Source of the DNA: an uncultured Gemmatimonadales bacterium
GTDB taxonomy: Bacteria; Gemmatimonadota; Gemmatimonadetes; Gemmatimonadales; GWC2-71-9
Direction of reading: 5' to 3'
Assembly: GCA_963836815.1 (NCBI GenBank)
Contig: CAWILD010000013.1
Location: forward strand, 105,166-169,165
DNA length: 64,000 nt
Below are positions 11,866 to 20,956 of the stretch, in pieces. The notes beneath the pieces are model-generated. The model had not been told where the DNA came from and did not search any database. It saw only the letters and a list, made by a program, of their open reading frames with translations. The number at the start of each line of letters is the position of its first letter. Within the stretch, counting starts at the first letter, position 1. The position numbers and the translations under genes are program-made.

Positions 11866-13044
11866 ATGGAGCCGGTCCCATGCCCATTCTTCGCTGCGTT
11901 TCGACATTCAGCTCCGCTAGCGGTTTGTATGGTCCTGAGCGCAGTGTGCCCTCAAGGCGCCGCAGGCCAGGACCAGCCACAGGCTCAAGCCCGAGGCGCC
12001 TTGCGCTGCGAGAGCTCAAACGACAGCTATCAGCGCTGCCCGGCCGCCGGTACCTGGCAGGGAGCGCGGCTCGTGCAGCAGATCTCGACCAGTCCCTGCA
12101 TCCAGGGTCGTACCTGGGGCTTCGACCAGAACGCCATCTGGGTCAACAACGGCTGCCGTGGGGTCTTCGAGGCCGGAAACGCATTCGCCAATGCGGGGCA
12201 GCGCGTGACCTGCGCCGGCGACGGCCGGACCGAGTGCCCGGCCGACACGCGCTACGGCGTGACACTGACGCGGAAGCTCAGCCAGGCGGCCTGTACGGAA
12301 GGAACCAGTTGGGGGTACGGCAACAACGTGATCTGGGTGGATCGCGGTTGCCGCGCGGAGTTTCAGGTCAAGGGTCCGAGCGTCGGTGGCGGCGGTGGTT
12401 CTACCGTGACGGTTCCTTGCGGCACCACCAGCGGTCAGCAGGTCACCTGCCGCACGGGCGGCTACGCCACGCACGTGCGACTCAGCCAGGACCAGAGCGG
12501 CCGTTGCCGCCAAGGTCAGACGTGGGGATATACCGATTCCTTCATCTGGGCGAACAACGGCTGTCGCGGCCAGTTCCTCGTCACCTTGCAGGGGAGCGGC
12601 CCCGGAAACCCAGGCAGCACGGTGATCTCCTGCGGCAGCGGCAGCGGCCGCCAGGTCATCTGTGAGACCGACGGCTACGCGACCAACGTCAGCCTCCAGC
12701 GCGACCAGAGCGGGGGCCGCTGCCGGCAGAACCAGACCTGGGGCTTCACCGACTCGTTCATCTGGGCCAACCAGGGATGCCGCGGAGATTTCCTCGTCTC
12801 CTTCTCGGGGAGCGGCCCCGGTGGCGACCTCACGCGGCGCATCACCTGCGGCACGTCGGATCCGCAAGGGGTAGCGTGCCGCCCCGGCGGAATGGTGCGT
12901 TCCGCCCGGGTGGTACGAGACATGAGCGCGAGCCGCTGCCGGCAGAACACCACCTGGGGATACGCCGCCGATTCGCTATGGGTCGCGAACGGATGCATCG
13001 CCGAGTTCACCCTGACGGTCACCCCAGGGCCGACGCCCAGGTGA
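11866..13044 (+). CDS. Secreted cysteine-rich protein with five tandem DUF3011-like repeats
   Basis: Five units of about 60-70 aa, each of the form C..C....C..G.TWG(F/Y)....IW(V/A)NxGCRG.F. The start codon is uncertain. Confidence 0.7.
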   Translation: MEPVPCPFFAAFRHSAPLAVCMVLSAVCPQGAAGQDQPQAQARGALRCESSNDSYQRCPAAGTWQGARLVQQISTSPCIQGRTWGFDQNAIWVNNGCRGVFEAGNAFANAGQRVTCAGDGRTECPADTRYGVTLTRKLSQAACTEGTSWGYGNNVIWVDRGCRAEFQVKGPSVGGGGGSTVTVPCGTTSGQQVTCRTGGYATHVRLSQDQSGRCRQGQTWGYTDSFIWANNGCRGQFLVTLQGSGPGNPGSTVISCGSGSGRQVICETDGYATNVSLQRDQSGGRCRQNQTWGFTDSFIWANQGCRGDFLVSFSGSGPGGDLTRRITCGTSDPQGVACRPGGMVRSARVVRDMSASRCRQNTTWGYAADSLWVANGCIAEFTLTVTPGPTPR

Positions 13045-13072
13045 TCGAGGGCGACATCCGACCGCCCAGCGT

Positions 13073-14914
13073 ATGATCGTCGGGACCGCCGGACACATCG
13101 ATCACGGAAAGTCGGCGCTCGTCACGGCGCTCACCGGAAAGCCCATGGACCGGCTGGCCGAGGAGCGCCGTCGTGGCATCACGATCGATCTCAACTTCGC
13201 TCCACTCGATCTCGGTGCGGGGGTGACCGCGGGAGTAGTGGACGTCCCCGGCCACGAGGACTTCGTGCGGACGATGGTCGCCGGAGCTTCGGGGATCGAC
13301 CTTGCCTTGCTGGTCGTGGCCGCGGACGAAGGCATCATGCCCCAGACCGAGGAGCACCTCGCGATTCTGGAGCGGTTGCGGATCCCGGCAGGAATTCCCG
13401 TTATCACCAAGTCCGATCTGGTGGAGCCCGAGTGGGCCGACCTCGTAGCCTCGGAGGTGGGCGAGCGGCTGAGCGGGTCGCCGGTCCACTTCGAGACACC
13501 CATCATCGTTTCGGCGCGGACGGGGCAGGGCATCGACACCCTGCGCCAGCGGCTGCTCGAGCGCGCCAAGGAGGCATCGAGCACTCCGGCCAACGATCTC
13601 TTCCGACTCCCGATCGACCGAGCGTTCTCGGTGGCCGGCGTCGGCACGGTGGTGACCGGCGCCACCTGGTCGGGGCGAGTCTCGTTGGGCGATGCGGTGG
13701 TGCTGCTGCCGGGCGGCGCAGGCGGACGCGTGCGCTCGCTCGAGACACACGGAGCAGGGCTCGAGCGGAGCATCCCGGGCGCGCGCACCGCCGTCGGGAT
13801 CTCTGGGCTCGACCGTGAAGAGGCCCGGCGTGGCACCGTTTTGGTTCAGGCCGGCTCACCCTGGACGCCGAGCTCGGCCCTGGATGTGGAGATCGGGCTC
13901 GAGGCCAGCGCGCCCCGTCCGCTGAGCGCCCGCGCACGGGTGCGTCTGCATTTGGGAACGACAGAGGTGATGGCCCGGGTGCTTCCGCGTTCGCCCATCG
14001 CGCCAGGGGAGAGCGGCCTCGCGCGGCTCGCCCTTGAGCAGCCGATCGTGGCGCGCGGCGGAGACCGCTTCGTCCTTCGGAGTTACAGCCCGGTCACCAC
14101 CATCGGCGGCGGGCGGGTTCTGGACCCGATTCCGCCCCGTCGCCGAGTGCTCTGGCCGCCCGGACTGGAAGCGGAGGAGCCCGACAGCCGATTCCGGGCC
14201 CTCCTCGAGCGCCGCCCGACCGGCGTGTCGGTAGCGGTGCTGCCGGTCCTGCTTGGCGTACCCCCGGCCACGGCTGCGGAGGTGGCGGGCCGCGAGACGG
14301 GTGCCCGGCGCGTGGCCGAGCACTGGGTATCGGCCTCCTCGCTGGAGCGGACCGGGTCCGTCGCGCTGGACTCCCTTCGGCGTCACCATCGGGCTCATCC
14401 CAGCGACCGCGGGATGCCGCTCGAAACCCTCCGGCGATCCCTCAAGGCTCCGGATGACGTCGCCGAGGCAGTCCTCGACGAGCTCCGAGCGGCTGGTAGG
14501 GTACGGCGGCTGGACGGGCTGGTGGCGCTCGCCGGCTTCTCGCCCAAGGTCGAGGGTGGCGAGGCCGAGATCGACCGGATCGTCCAGATCCTGGAGCAGG
14601 CAGCCTTGACCCCGCCTAGTGTTCCCGAGCTGGAGCGGGAGACCGGCCGGCGGGACGTGGCGGCCATGCTCCGGCTGGCGGCGGCCACCGGCCGGGTGGA
14701 GGCGGTGGAGCGAGATCGCTACTACACCCGGGGAGCGCTCGACCGTTTCGTCGCCGCCGTCCATGAAGTCGGCCAGGACTCGGACATCGTGCCGGGAGCG
14801 CTCCGGGACCGGCTCGGCATCAGCCGGAAATACCTGATCCCACTCCTCGAATGGGCCGACGGGAAGGGGATCACGGTCCGGGTGGGGGAAACCAGAAGAC
14901 TAAAGCGCACTTGA
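13073..14914 (+). CDS. selB: Selenocysteine-specific translation elongation factor SelB
   Basis: 613 aa. G-domain motifs GHIDHGKS, DVPGHEDF and TKSD. Long winged-helix C-terminus ending RDRLGISRKYLIPLLEWADGKGITVR. Confidence 0.9.
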   Translation: MIVGTAGHIDHGKSALVTALTGKPMDRLAEERRRGITIDLNFAPLDLGAGVTAGVVDVPGHEDFVRTMVAGASGIDLALLVVAADEGIMPQTEEHLAILERLRIPAGIPVITKSDLVEPEWADLVASEVGERLSGSPVHFETPIIVSARTGQGIDTLRQRLLERAKEASSTPANDLFRLPIDRAFSVAGVGTVVTGATWSGRVSLGDAVVLLPGGAGGRVRSLETHGAGLERSIPGARTAVGISGLDREEARRGTVLVQAGSPWTPSSALDVEIGLEASAPRPLSARARVRLHLGTTEVMARVLPRSPIAPGESGLARLALEQPIVARGGDRFVLRSYSPVTTIGGGRVLDPIPPRRRVLWPPGLEAEEPDSRFRALLERRPTGVSVAVLPVLLGVPPATAAEVAGRETGARRVAEHWVSASSLERTGSVALDSLRRHHRAHPSDRGMPLETLRRSLKAPDDVAEAVLDELRAAGRVRRLDGLVALAGFSPKVEGGEAEIDRIVQILEQAALTPPSVPELERETGRRDVAAMLRLAAATGRVEAVERDRYYTRGALDRFVAAVHEVGQDSDIVPGALRDRLGISRKYLIPLLEWADGKGITVRVGETRRLKRT

Positions 14915-15018
14915 CCTTCCGGCGCGTCCTGCGGCAGATTCCGACATTCAAACATCAGTCTGCGTTCGTCAGCGCGGAGGTGCCAACCGTTCGACATCTG
15001 GTTTGAAGAGGAGCGCCC

Positions 15019-15462
15019 ATGGTCCGCTTTGCGAGGCCGGGGTGGTGGCTCGTGCTTCTGTTGGGAGGTGGCTCCCCGGTGGCCGCGCAGGCGAACATGC
15101 CGCCGCCGCGAGTCGAGCTGAAGGAGAACTACCCCAATCCGTTCTTCCCGGCGACGACGATCCCCTTCACGATTTCGCACGAGGTCTGCGCGAGGGGACA
15201 TCAGCCGGTGGTCAGTCTGCGGGTGTACAACGTGTTGGTGCAGGTCGTCGCGATCCCGGTCCTGGCCAACGGCTCGGCGGAGCGACTCGACAGCCTCCGT
15301 CTCCGGTGTGGAGAGTACCGCGCCTTCTGGGACGGCAAGTATCTCGATGGAAAGCGTGAAGCCACTCCCGGGGTGTATTACTACCAGCTCACCGTGGACG
15401 GGGAGCGATTCACCCGGAAGATGATCGCGCAGCGAAGCGCCAGCAGTCAGCAGACTCCATAG
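15019..15462 (+). CDS. Small secreted protein consisting of little more than a FlgD-Ig-like / T9SS-type C-terminal domain
   Basis: Signal peptide followed by NYPNPFFPATTIPFTI...GEYRAFWDGKYLDGKREATPGVYYYQLTVDGERFTRKMI. Confidence 0.55.
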   Translation: MVRFARPGWWLVLLLGGGSPVAAQANMPPPRVELKENYPNPFFPATTIPFTISHEVCARGHQPVVSLRVYNVLVQVVAIPVLANGSAERLDSLRLRCGEYRAFWDGKYLDGKREATPGVYYYQLTVDGERFTRKMIAQRSASSQQTP

Positions 15463-15619
15463 GGGCACCCTGCCGGGGGCGACACGAATGGTCGCTCCGA
15501 CACGGTGCCCTCCGGTTTATACTGCGAATGACTGCCGTTTCGGCCGGTTTTCGGGGAACAGGTCTTGCCATCCGCCCGGGCCGGGAACTTCGTAGACTCG
15601 AGAAGGCACGGGTATTCCG

Positions 15620-18241
15620 ATGATTCGACCAGACAGACTGACCATCAAGGCGCAGGAGGCTTTCCGCGACGCCGGGGAGCTGGCGAGACGTCTCGGGAAT
15701 CCTGTCGTCAATGACGCCCACCTCTTCCTGGCCTTGCTGCAGCAGGAGGAGGGAGTGGTGCGCCCGCTCCTCCAGAAGCTCGGGCTGAACGTCACGGAGT
15801 TGATTCGGGAGACCGAGCGGGAGATCGCCCGGTTCCCGAAGCAGGAGGGAGGGGCAGAGCCGACCTTCAGCCGGGAGGTCAACCGCGTCTTCGACCGCGC
15901 CGATGCCCTCGCGCGGGAGATGGGTGACGCGTACGTCTCGACCGAGCACGTGCTGCTCGCCCTGGCCCAGGAGAAGGGCACCACCGCACGCGCACTGATC
16001 AGCGCCCGCGGCGTCTCGGCCGACGACCTGCGTCAGGCGCTGGAAGAGGTGCGTGGGTCCCACCGCGTGACGGACCAGTCCCCCGAGGAGAAGTATCAGG
16101 CGCTCGAGCGCTACACCCGCAACCTCACCCAGGCCGCCCGGGATGGAAAACTCGACCCCGTGATCGGCCGGGACGAGGAGGTGCGCCGGGTGATGCAGGT
16201 GCTTTCCCGGCGGACTAAGAACAATCCGGTCCTGATCGGGGAGCCCGGCGTCGGCAAGACCGCCATCGTCGAGGGACTGGCCCAGCGCATCGTGAACGGG
16301 GACGTGCCGGAGTCGCTCCGCGGCCGGGAGCTGGTGGCCCTCGACATCGGCCTGCTGCTCGCGGGGGCCAAGTATCGGGGCGAGTTCGAGGAACGGCTCA
16401 AGGCCCTGGTGAAGGAGCTCACCGAGAGCGAAGGCAAGTACATCACCTTTATCGACGAGCTGCACACCATCGTAGGCGCCGGGGCGGCCGAGGGTGCCGT
16501 GGACGCGAGCAACCTGCTCAAGCCGGCGCTCGCGCGGGGCGAGCTGCACGTGATCGGCGCTACCACCCTGGATGAGTACCGGAAGCACATCGAAAAGGAC
16601 GCCGCCCTGGAGCGCCGGTTCCAGCCGGTGATGGTCGGCGAGCCGAATGTGGCCGACACTATCGCGATTCTCCGTGGGCTCAAGGAGAAGTACGAGATCC
16701 ACCACGGCGTCCGGATCACGGACAACGCCATCGTGGCCGCCGCCACGCTCAGTGATCGCTACATCGGCGACCGGTTCCTGCCGGACAAGGCCATCGACCT
16801 GATCGACGAAGCCGCCAGCCGACTTCGGATCGAGATCGACAGCCTGCCCCAGGAGATCGACGAGATCGAGCGGCGCATCGTCCAGCTCGAGATCGAGCGC
16901 CAGGCGCTCATGAAAGAGCGGGATCGCGCGGCGGTGGAGCGGCGGGAGGCCATCGAGCAGGAGATCGCGACCCTCCGGGAACGCAGTGCGGCGATGAAGG
17001 CGCAGTGGCAGACGGAAAAGAGTGCCATTCATGAGATGCAGCAGGTCAAGGCCGAGCTGGAGGGACTTCGGCGCGAGGTGGAGGAGGCGACGCGTCGGGG
17101 CGATCTCCAGCGGGCCGCCGAGCTTCGCTATGGCCGCATCCCCGAGCTGGAACGCAAGCTGGCGGAAGACGAGCGCCGGCTCGAGGAGCTGCAGAAGACG
17201 GCGCAATTCCTCAAGGAAGAAGTGGACGCCGAGGACATCGCCGAGATCGTATCCAAATGGACCGGGATCCCCGTGTCGCGGATGATGGAAGGCGAGCGAG
17301 AGCGGCTGACCCGCCTGGAGCAGGAGCTCGGCCGCCGAGTCGTCGGGCAGACTCAGGCGGTGACCGCGGTCGCCAATGCGGTGCGCCGGCATCGTGCCGG
17401 CCTGGGCGACCCCAACCGGCCGACCGGTTCGTTCATTTTCCTGGGACCGACGGGGGTCGGGAAGACCGAAACGGCGCGAGCGCTGGCGGAATTTCTGTTC
17501 GACGACGAGCGGGCGATGACCCGGCTCGACATGTCGGAGTACATGGAGAAGCACTCGGTCGCGCGGATGATCGGCGCGCCGCCGGGCTACGTCGGCTACG
17601 AGGAAGGCGGCCAGCTCACGGAGGCGATCCGCCGCCGCCCCTATAGCGTCGTGCTCTTCGACGAGATCGAGAAGGCGCACCCGGATGTGTTCAACGTTTT
17701 GCTGCAGATCCTCGATGACGGCCGGCTCACGGACAGTCAGGGCCGGGTGGTGGATTTCCGGAACACGGTCATCATCATGACCAGCAATGTCGGGAGCCAG
17801 ATCATCGTAGGAGCCGGGGCGGTGGAGGCCGAGGCCTGGAGCCGCGTCGAGGACCGCGTGCGCGACGAGCTGAGTCGGCATTTCCGGCCGGAGTTTCTCA
17901 ACCGGGTGGACGACATCATCGTGTTCCGGCCGCTCACCCGGGAGGATCTGGCGCAGATCGTGGAGATCCAGCTGCGCAGACTGGAGGAGACCTTGGCTGC
18001 CCGTGGCATCCATCTCGAGGTCACCCCGGAAGCCCGCGACCTGCTGGCGGCGCAGGGCTATGACCCGGTGTACGGCGCCCGCCCGCTCAAGCGGGTGATC
18101 CAGCGGGAGCTCCAGAATGCCATCGCGCTGGAGATCCTGGAAGGCAATTTCAGCGAGGGAGACACCGTACGCGTCGAGCGCGACGGCGACCATGTCCGGC
18201 TGGTTTCTGTGGCGCCGGTGCCCGAGATGGCCGGTGCGTAG
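15620..18241 (+). CDS. clpB: ATP-dependent chaperone ClpB
   Basis: 873 aa. Two AAA+ modules (GEPGVGKT and GPTGVGKT) separated by the coiled-coil middle domain. Confidence 0.97.
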   Translation: MIRPDRLTIKAQEAFRDAGELARRLGNPVVNDAHLFLALLQQEEGVVRPLLQKLGLNVTELIRETEREIARFPKQEGGAEPTFSREVNRVFDRADALAREMGDAYVSTEHVLLALAQEKGTTARALISARGVSADDLRQALEEVRGSHRVTDQSPEEKYQALERYTRNLTQAARDGKLDPVIGRDEEVRRVMQVLSRRTKNNPVLIGEPGVGKTAIVEGLAQRIVNGDVPESLRGRELVALDIGLLLAGAKYRGEFEERLKALVKELTESEGKYITFIDELHTIVGAGAAEGAVDASNLLKPALARGELHVIGATTLDEYRKHIEKDAALERRFQPVMVGEPNVADTIAILRGLKEKYEIHHGVRITDNAIVAAATLSDRYIGDRFLPDKAIDLIDEAASRLRIEIDSLPQEIDEIERRIVQLEIERQALMKERDRAAVERREAIEQEIATLRERSAAMKAQWQTEKSAIHEMQQVKAELEGLRREVEEATRRGDLQRAAELRYGRIPELERKLAEDERRLEELQKTAQFLKEEVDAEDIAEIVSKWTGIPVSRMMEGERERLTRLEQELGRRVVGQTQAVTAVANAVRRHRAGLGDPNRPTGSFIFLGPTGVGKTETARALAEFLFDDERAMTRLDMSEYMEKHSVARMIGAPPGYVGYEEGGQLTEAIRRRPYSVVLFDEIEKAHPDVFNVLLQILDDGRLTDSQGRVVDFRNTVIIMTSNVGSQIIVGAGAVEAEAWSRVEDRVRDELSRHFRPEFLNRVDDIIVFRPLTREDLAQIVEIQLRRLEETLAARGIHLEVTPEARDLLAAQGYDPVYGARPLKRVIQRELQNAIALEILEGNFSEGDTVRVERDGDHVRLVSVAPVPEMAGA

Positions 18242-18272
18242 GGGTACTCCCTCGCCCAGCGACCTGACCGGC

Positions 18273-18710
18273 ATGCAGGCGGCTCTTCGCCTGGCCCGCG
18301 CAGCGTCGGTGCGCGAGGAAATTCCGGTAGGCGCCGTAATCATCGCCGAGGGCGAAATCCTCGGCGAGGCGCACAACGAGACGGTTCAGCGCCGGGACCC
18401 GACGGCCCACGCCGAGCTCCTGGCGCTTCAGCGGGCGCTCCAGCGGGTGGGCGAGGACCGGCTTCCCTGGGCGACGATGTACGTGACTCTGGAGCCATGC
18501 GCGCAGTGTGCCGGCGCGTTAGTGCTCGCGAAGGTCGGCCGGATCGTCTTCGGGGCATTCGACGCGCGCTGCGGCATGGCGGGGTCGGTGTACGATCTCT
18601 TGCGTCACCCGCGGCTCAACCACCGGCCGGAGGTCGTGAGCGGACTGATGGCCGAGGAGTGCGGGGAGCTTTTGAAGCGGTTCTTTCAGAGTCGGCGGGC
18701 GATGTTGTAG
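18273..18710 (+). CDS. tadA: tRNA adenosine(34) deaminase TadA
   Basis: Deaminase zinc motifs HAELLAL and PCAQCAGA. GTG 18234, which overlaps clpB, is an alternative start. Confidence 0.9.
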   Translation: MQAALRLARAASVREEIPVGAVIIAEGEILGEAHNETVQRRDPTAHAELLALQRALQRVGEDRLPWATMYVTLEPCAQCAGALVLAKVGRIVFGAFDARCGMAGSVYDLLRHPRLNHRPEVVSGLMAEECGELLKRFFQSRRAML

Positions 18711-18724
18711 AGGACGATTAGGGG

Positions 18725-18802
18725 GCCTTGTCACCCTGAGCGAAGCGAGGGGGGCATGAGCCATGGCTCATGCCCCCCTCGCTTCGCTCAGGGTGACAAG
18801 GC
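18725..18802. repeat. Perfect 78-bp palindrome (39-bp arms, no loop) between convergent genes
   Basis: Checked base by base. GCCTTGTCACCCTGAGCGAAGCGAGGGGGGCATGAGCCA mirrors exactly around 18763/18764. A related copy lies at 58552-58627. Confidence 0.95.
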
Positions 18803-18809
18803 GTCGGCC

Positions 18810-19738
18810 CTACTGCTTGTTCCCCAGATTCTTCCGCAACGCCCCCACATCCAGCAGGGGCATCCCGCCCTCGGTCGGCACGATGAGAACGAGGTTGCTC
18901 GACGTGCGCAGATCCTGCAGCACTTCGAGGTACTGTTTGGTCAGCGCCTCCGCGGTGAGCGTCTGGTTGAGCAGACGCTGCTGCTCGGCCTGCAGGCGCG
19001 CGACCTCGACCCGGTGACGCTCGGTCGCGATCTGCTGCTCCTGCGCGATCTTCGCATTGATCGCCTGGACCACCTGGGGCGGGAGGCTGGAGGTCGCGGA
19101 GGAAGAAGGCCGTCACCCGCGCGATCCGGAACGGCGCCCCACCCTCCGCCGGCTGAGTGACCAGGGCCGAGTCCACCTCGGTGCCCATGGTATTGGCGAT
19201 GAGGTTCCGCTTGGCGATGTCGTTGATGGAGTACTGCACCATCCCGTCGCGCACCCCGTTACGGATGGCGTTCAGTACCACGTTCTGGACCTGCTCCTGA
19301 GAGCCCAGCTCGCGGAAGATTCTCGGCGCCTGGAGTGGGGTCGATCTGCCAGCGGACTGCCACGTCCACCTGCATGCCCATCTGCTCACTGGAGAGCGCG
19401 TTGATATGCTCGGGCTGCTCGCTGGTCGGGGGGAACTGCTCCTCGCGGGTGGAAAAACGCTCGATGTCGGACCATGGCGTCACCAGCCGGATACCGGAGA
19501 GGAGCGGCCGGGGGTCCACCTCGCCCAGGGCATGACGCACGCCGACCTGGCCCGCGCTTATCACGACGACGCTCGATGACAGAAAGATGAAGGCGCCGAG
19601 GACGGTCAGAAGCAGTCCGGCGGAGCGGAGCAGCTTGGCGGCGGGGCGGGGCACTGTTCCCTGCTGGAGTCCGGCGGCGGCGGTAAACACCAGGAACGCG
19701 GCGACGAGAATGACGCCGCCCAGCACGAGCGAACCCAT
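18810..19738 (-). pseudogene. SPFH/band-7 (prohibitin/HflC-like) protein, read through three frames (two apparent frameshifts)
   Basis: N-terminus with TM helix in ORF 19259-19738. Middle part (RIFRELGSQEQVQNVVLNAIRNGVRD...) in ORF 18718-19389. C-terminus (VQAINAKIAQEQQIATERHRVEVARLQAEQQ...) in ORF 18810-19073. Frame switches near 19335 and 19080. Confidence 0.75.
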
Positions 19739-19801
19739 GGTTTCTCCCGGGGAAGGTGCTGGACACTACCTCCGCCGGTGCCCGGTTGCCAATCCTCCCG
19801 C

Positions 19802-20674
19802 TCAGGCGGCGGCGTTCAGGGCGGCAATATCCTCGTCGGACAGCTTGATCTCGGCCGCGGCGATGTTCTCCTCGAGGTGTGCGACCGAGGACGTTCCCGG
19901 AATGACCAACATTGAAGGCGATCGCGCCAGCAGCCACGCGAGGGCGATCTGGAACACCGTCGCACCATGACGTTGAGCGACCCGCGAGAGGGCACCGCCC
20001 TCGTCCAGGTCTCCGGCCGACAGCGGGAACCAGGGAATGAACGCCATCCCGTGGCGCTCGCAGTACTCGACCTCGTCCTCCCACTCCCGGTCGCTCAGGT
20101 TATACCGGTTCTGGACCGAGACGATCTCAACTATCCGCCGGGCCTGCTCGATCTGGCTCACGGAGACCTCGGAGAGTCCGAGCAGACGTACCAGTCCCTG
20201 CCGCTGAAACTCGCGCATGGCGCCGAACTGTTCGTCGGCAGGCACTCCGCGATCGATGCGATGCAGCTGCCACAGATCGATGCGCTCCAGCTTGAGGCGC
20301 CGGAGGCTCCCCTCGAGCTGACGGCGCAGGTACTCCGGCCTGCCGTTCGTGGTCCAGCGATCCGGGCCCGGCCGCTCGAAGCCGGCCTTGGTTGCGATCA
20401 CGAGGTCCTTCGGGTACGGATACAGCGCCTCCGCGATCAGGTTCTCGGCGACCTGGGGGCCGTAGGAGTCCGCCGTGTCGATGAAGTTCACTCCCAGCTC
20501 GACGGCGCGCCGCAACACGCGCACGGCTTCCTCCCGATCAGGAGGCTCCCCCCAGATACCCCGACCCGTCAGCCTCATCGCCCCGAATCCCATTCGATGA
20601 ACGGTCAGCTCACCACCGAGGGTGATGGTGCCCGCCGCGGCGGCGGGGAGATCGGTGATTCCGGTCGAGTTCAT
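19802..20674 (-). CDS. Aldo/keto reductase
   Basis: Reads as an AKR over its whole length ([31 protein letters not shown]). ATG 20674 (MNSTG...) is preferred over the track start at 20812. Confidence 0.9.
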   Translation of the reverse strand: MNSTGITDLPAAAAGTITLGGELTVHRMGFGAMRLTGRGIWGEPPDREEAVRVLRRAVELGVNFIDTADSYGPQVAENLIAEALYPYPKDLVIATKAGFERPGPDRWTTNGRPEYLRRQLEGSLRRLKLERIDLWQLHRIDRGVPADEQFGAMREFQRQGLVRLLGLSEVSVSQIEQARRIVEIVSVQNRYNLSDREWEDEVEYCERHGMAFIPWFPLSAGDLDEGGALSRVAQRHGATVFQIALAWLLARSPSMLVIPGTSSVAHLEENIAAAEIKLSDEDIAALNAAA

Positions 20675-20880
20675 GGGCCCTCCACGCAGGTGATCTGGAC
20701 AGGCTATGCCCCTATGTCCAGGCGGGCCGTGATTGGGAGCACGAATGGCGATTGACAGCGACTTCAGGGGGAGGCTCCTCATCCTAGGAGTTGGAAATAG
20801 GTCCACCCCCATGGGACGCGGCCCCCCTGCGTCCTCACCCTGGTGACCGGGCCGTTACCAAAGCCTGTGAGGCAGGGCGA

Positions 20881-20909
20881 TTGACCGAGGCCGTCGAGCC
20901 CCGGATATT
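20881..20909 (+). promoter_or_regulatory. Sigma-70-like promoter candidate upstream of the histidine kinase
   Basis: TTGACC (20881-20886), a 17-nt spacer, then GATATT (20904-20909), about 50 nt before GTG 20957. Pattern match only. Confidence 0.3.
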
Positions 20910-20956
20910 GTTACAGTTAGGACGTTTCGCATATCTCGCCCTGGGAGAGACTTCGG

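Noticed and set aside
15463-15620. A heat-shock promoter or CIRCE/HAIR-type element upstream of clpB.
   Set aside because: I could not find a convincing sigma-32 consensus or a CIRCE inverted repeat, only a weak TTTATACT box and a GC-rich hairpin.
15410-18376. A 988-aa ORF antisense to clpB. Similar long antisense ORFs occur at 599-1897, 1692-3077, 2974-4308, 4247-5905, 37810-39471, 56669-58570 and 60738-62207, among others.
   Set aside because: They lie opposite genes with unmistakable conserved products. Their translations are Arg/Gly/Pro/Ala-rich and low in complexity, which is the typical stop-poor shadow-frame pattern of GC-rich DNA.
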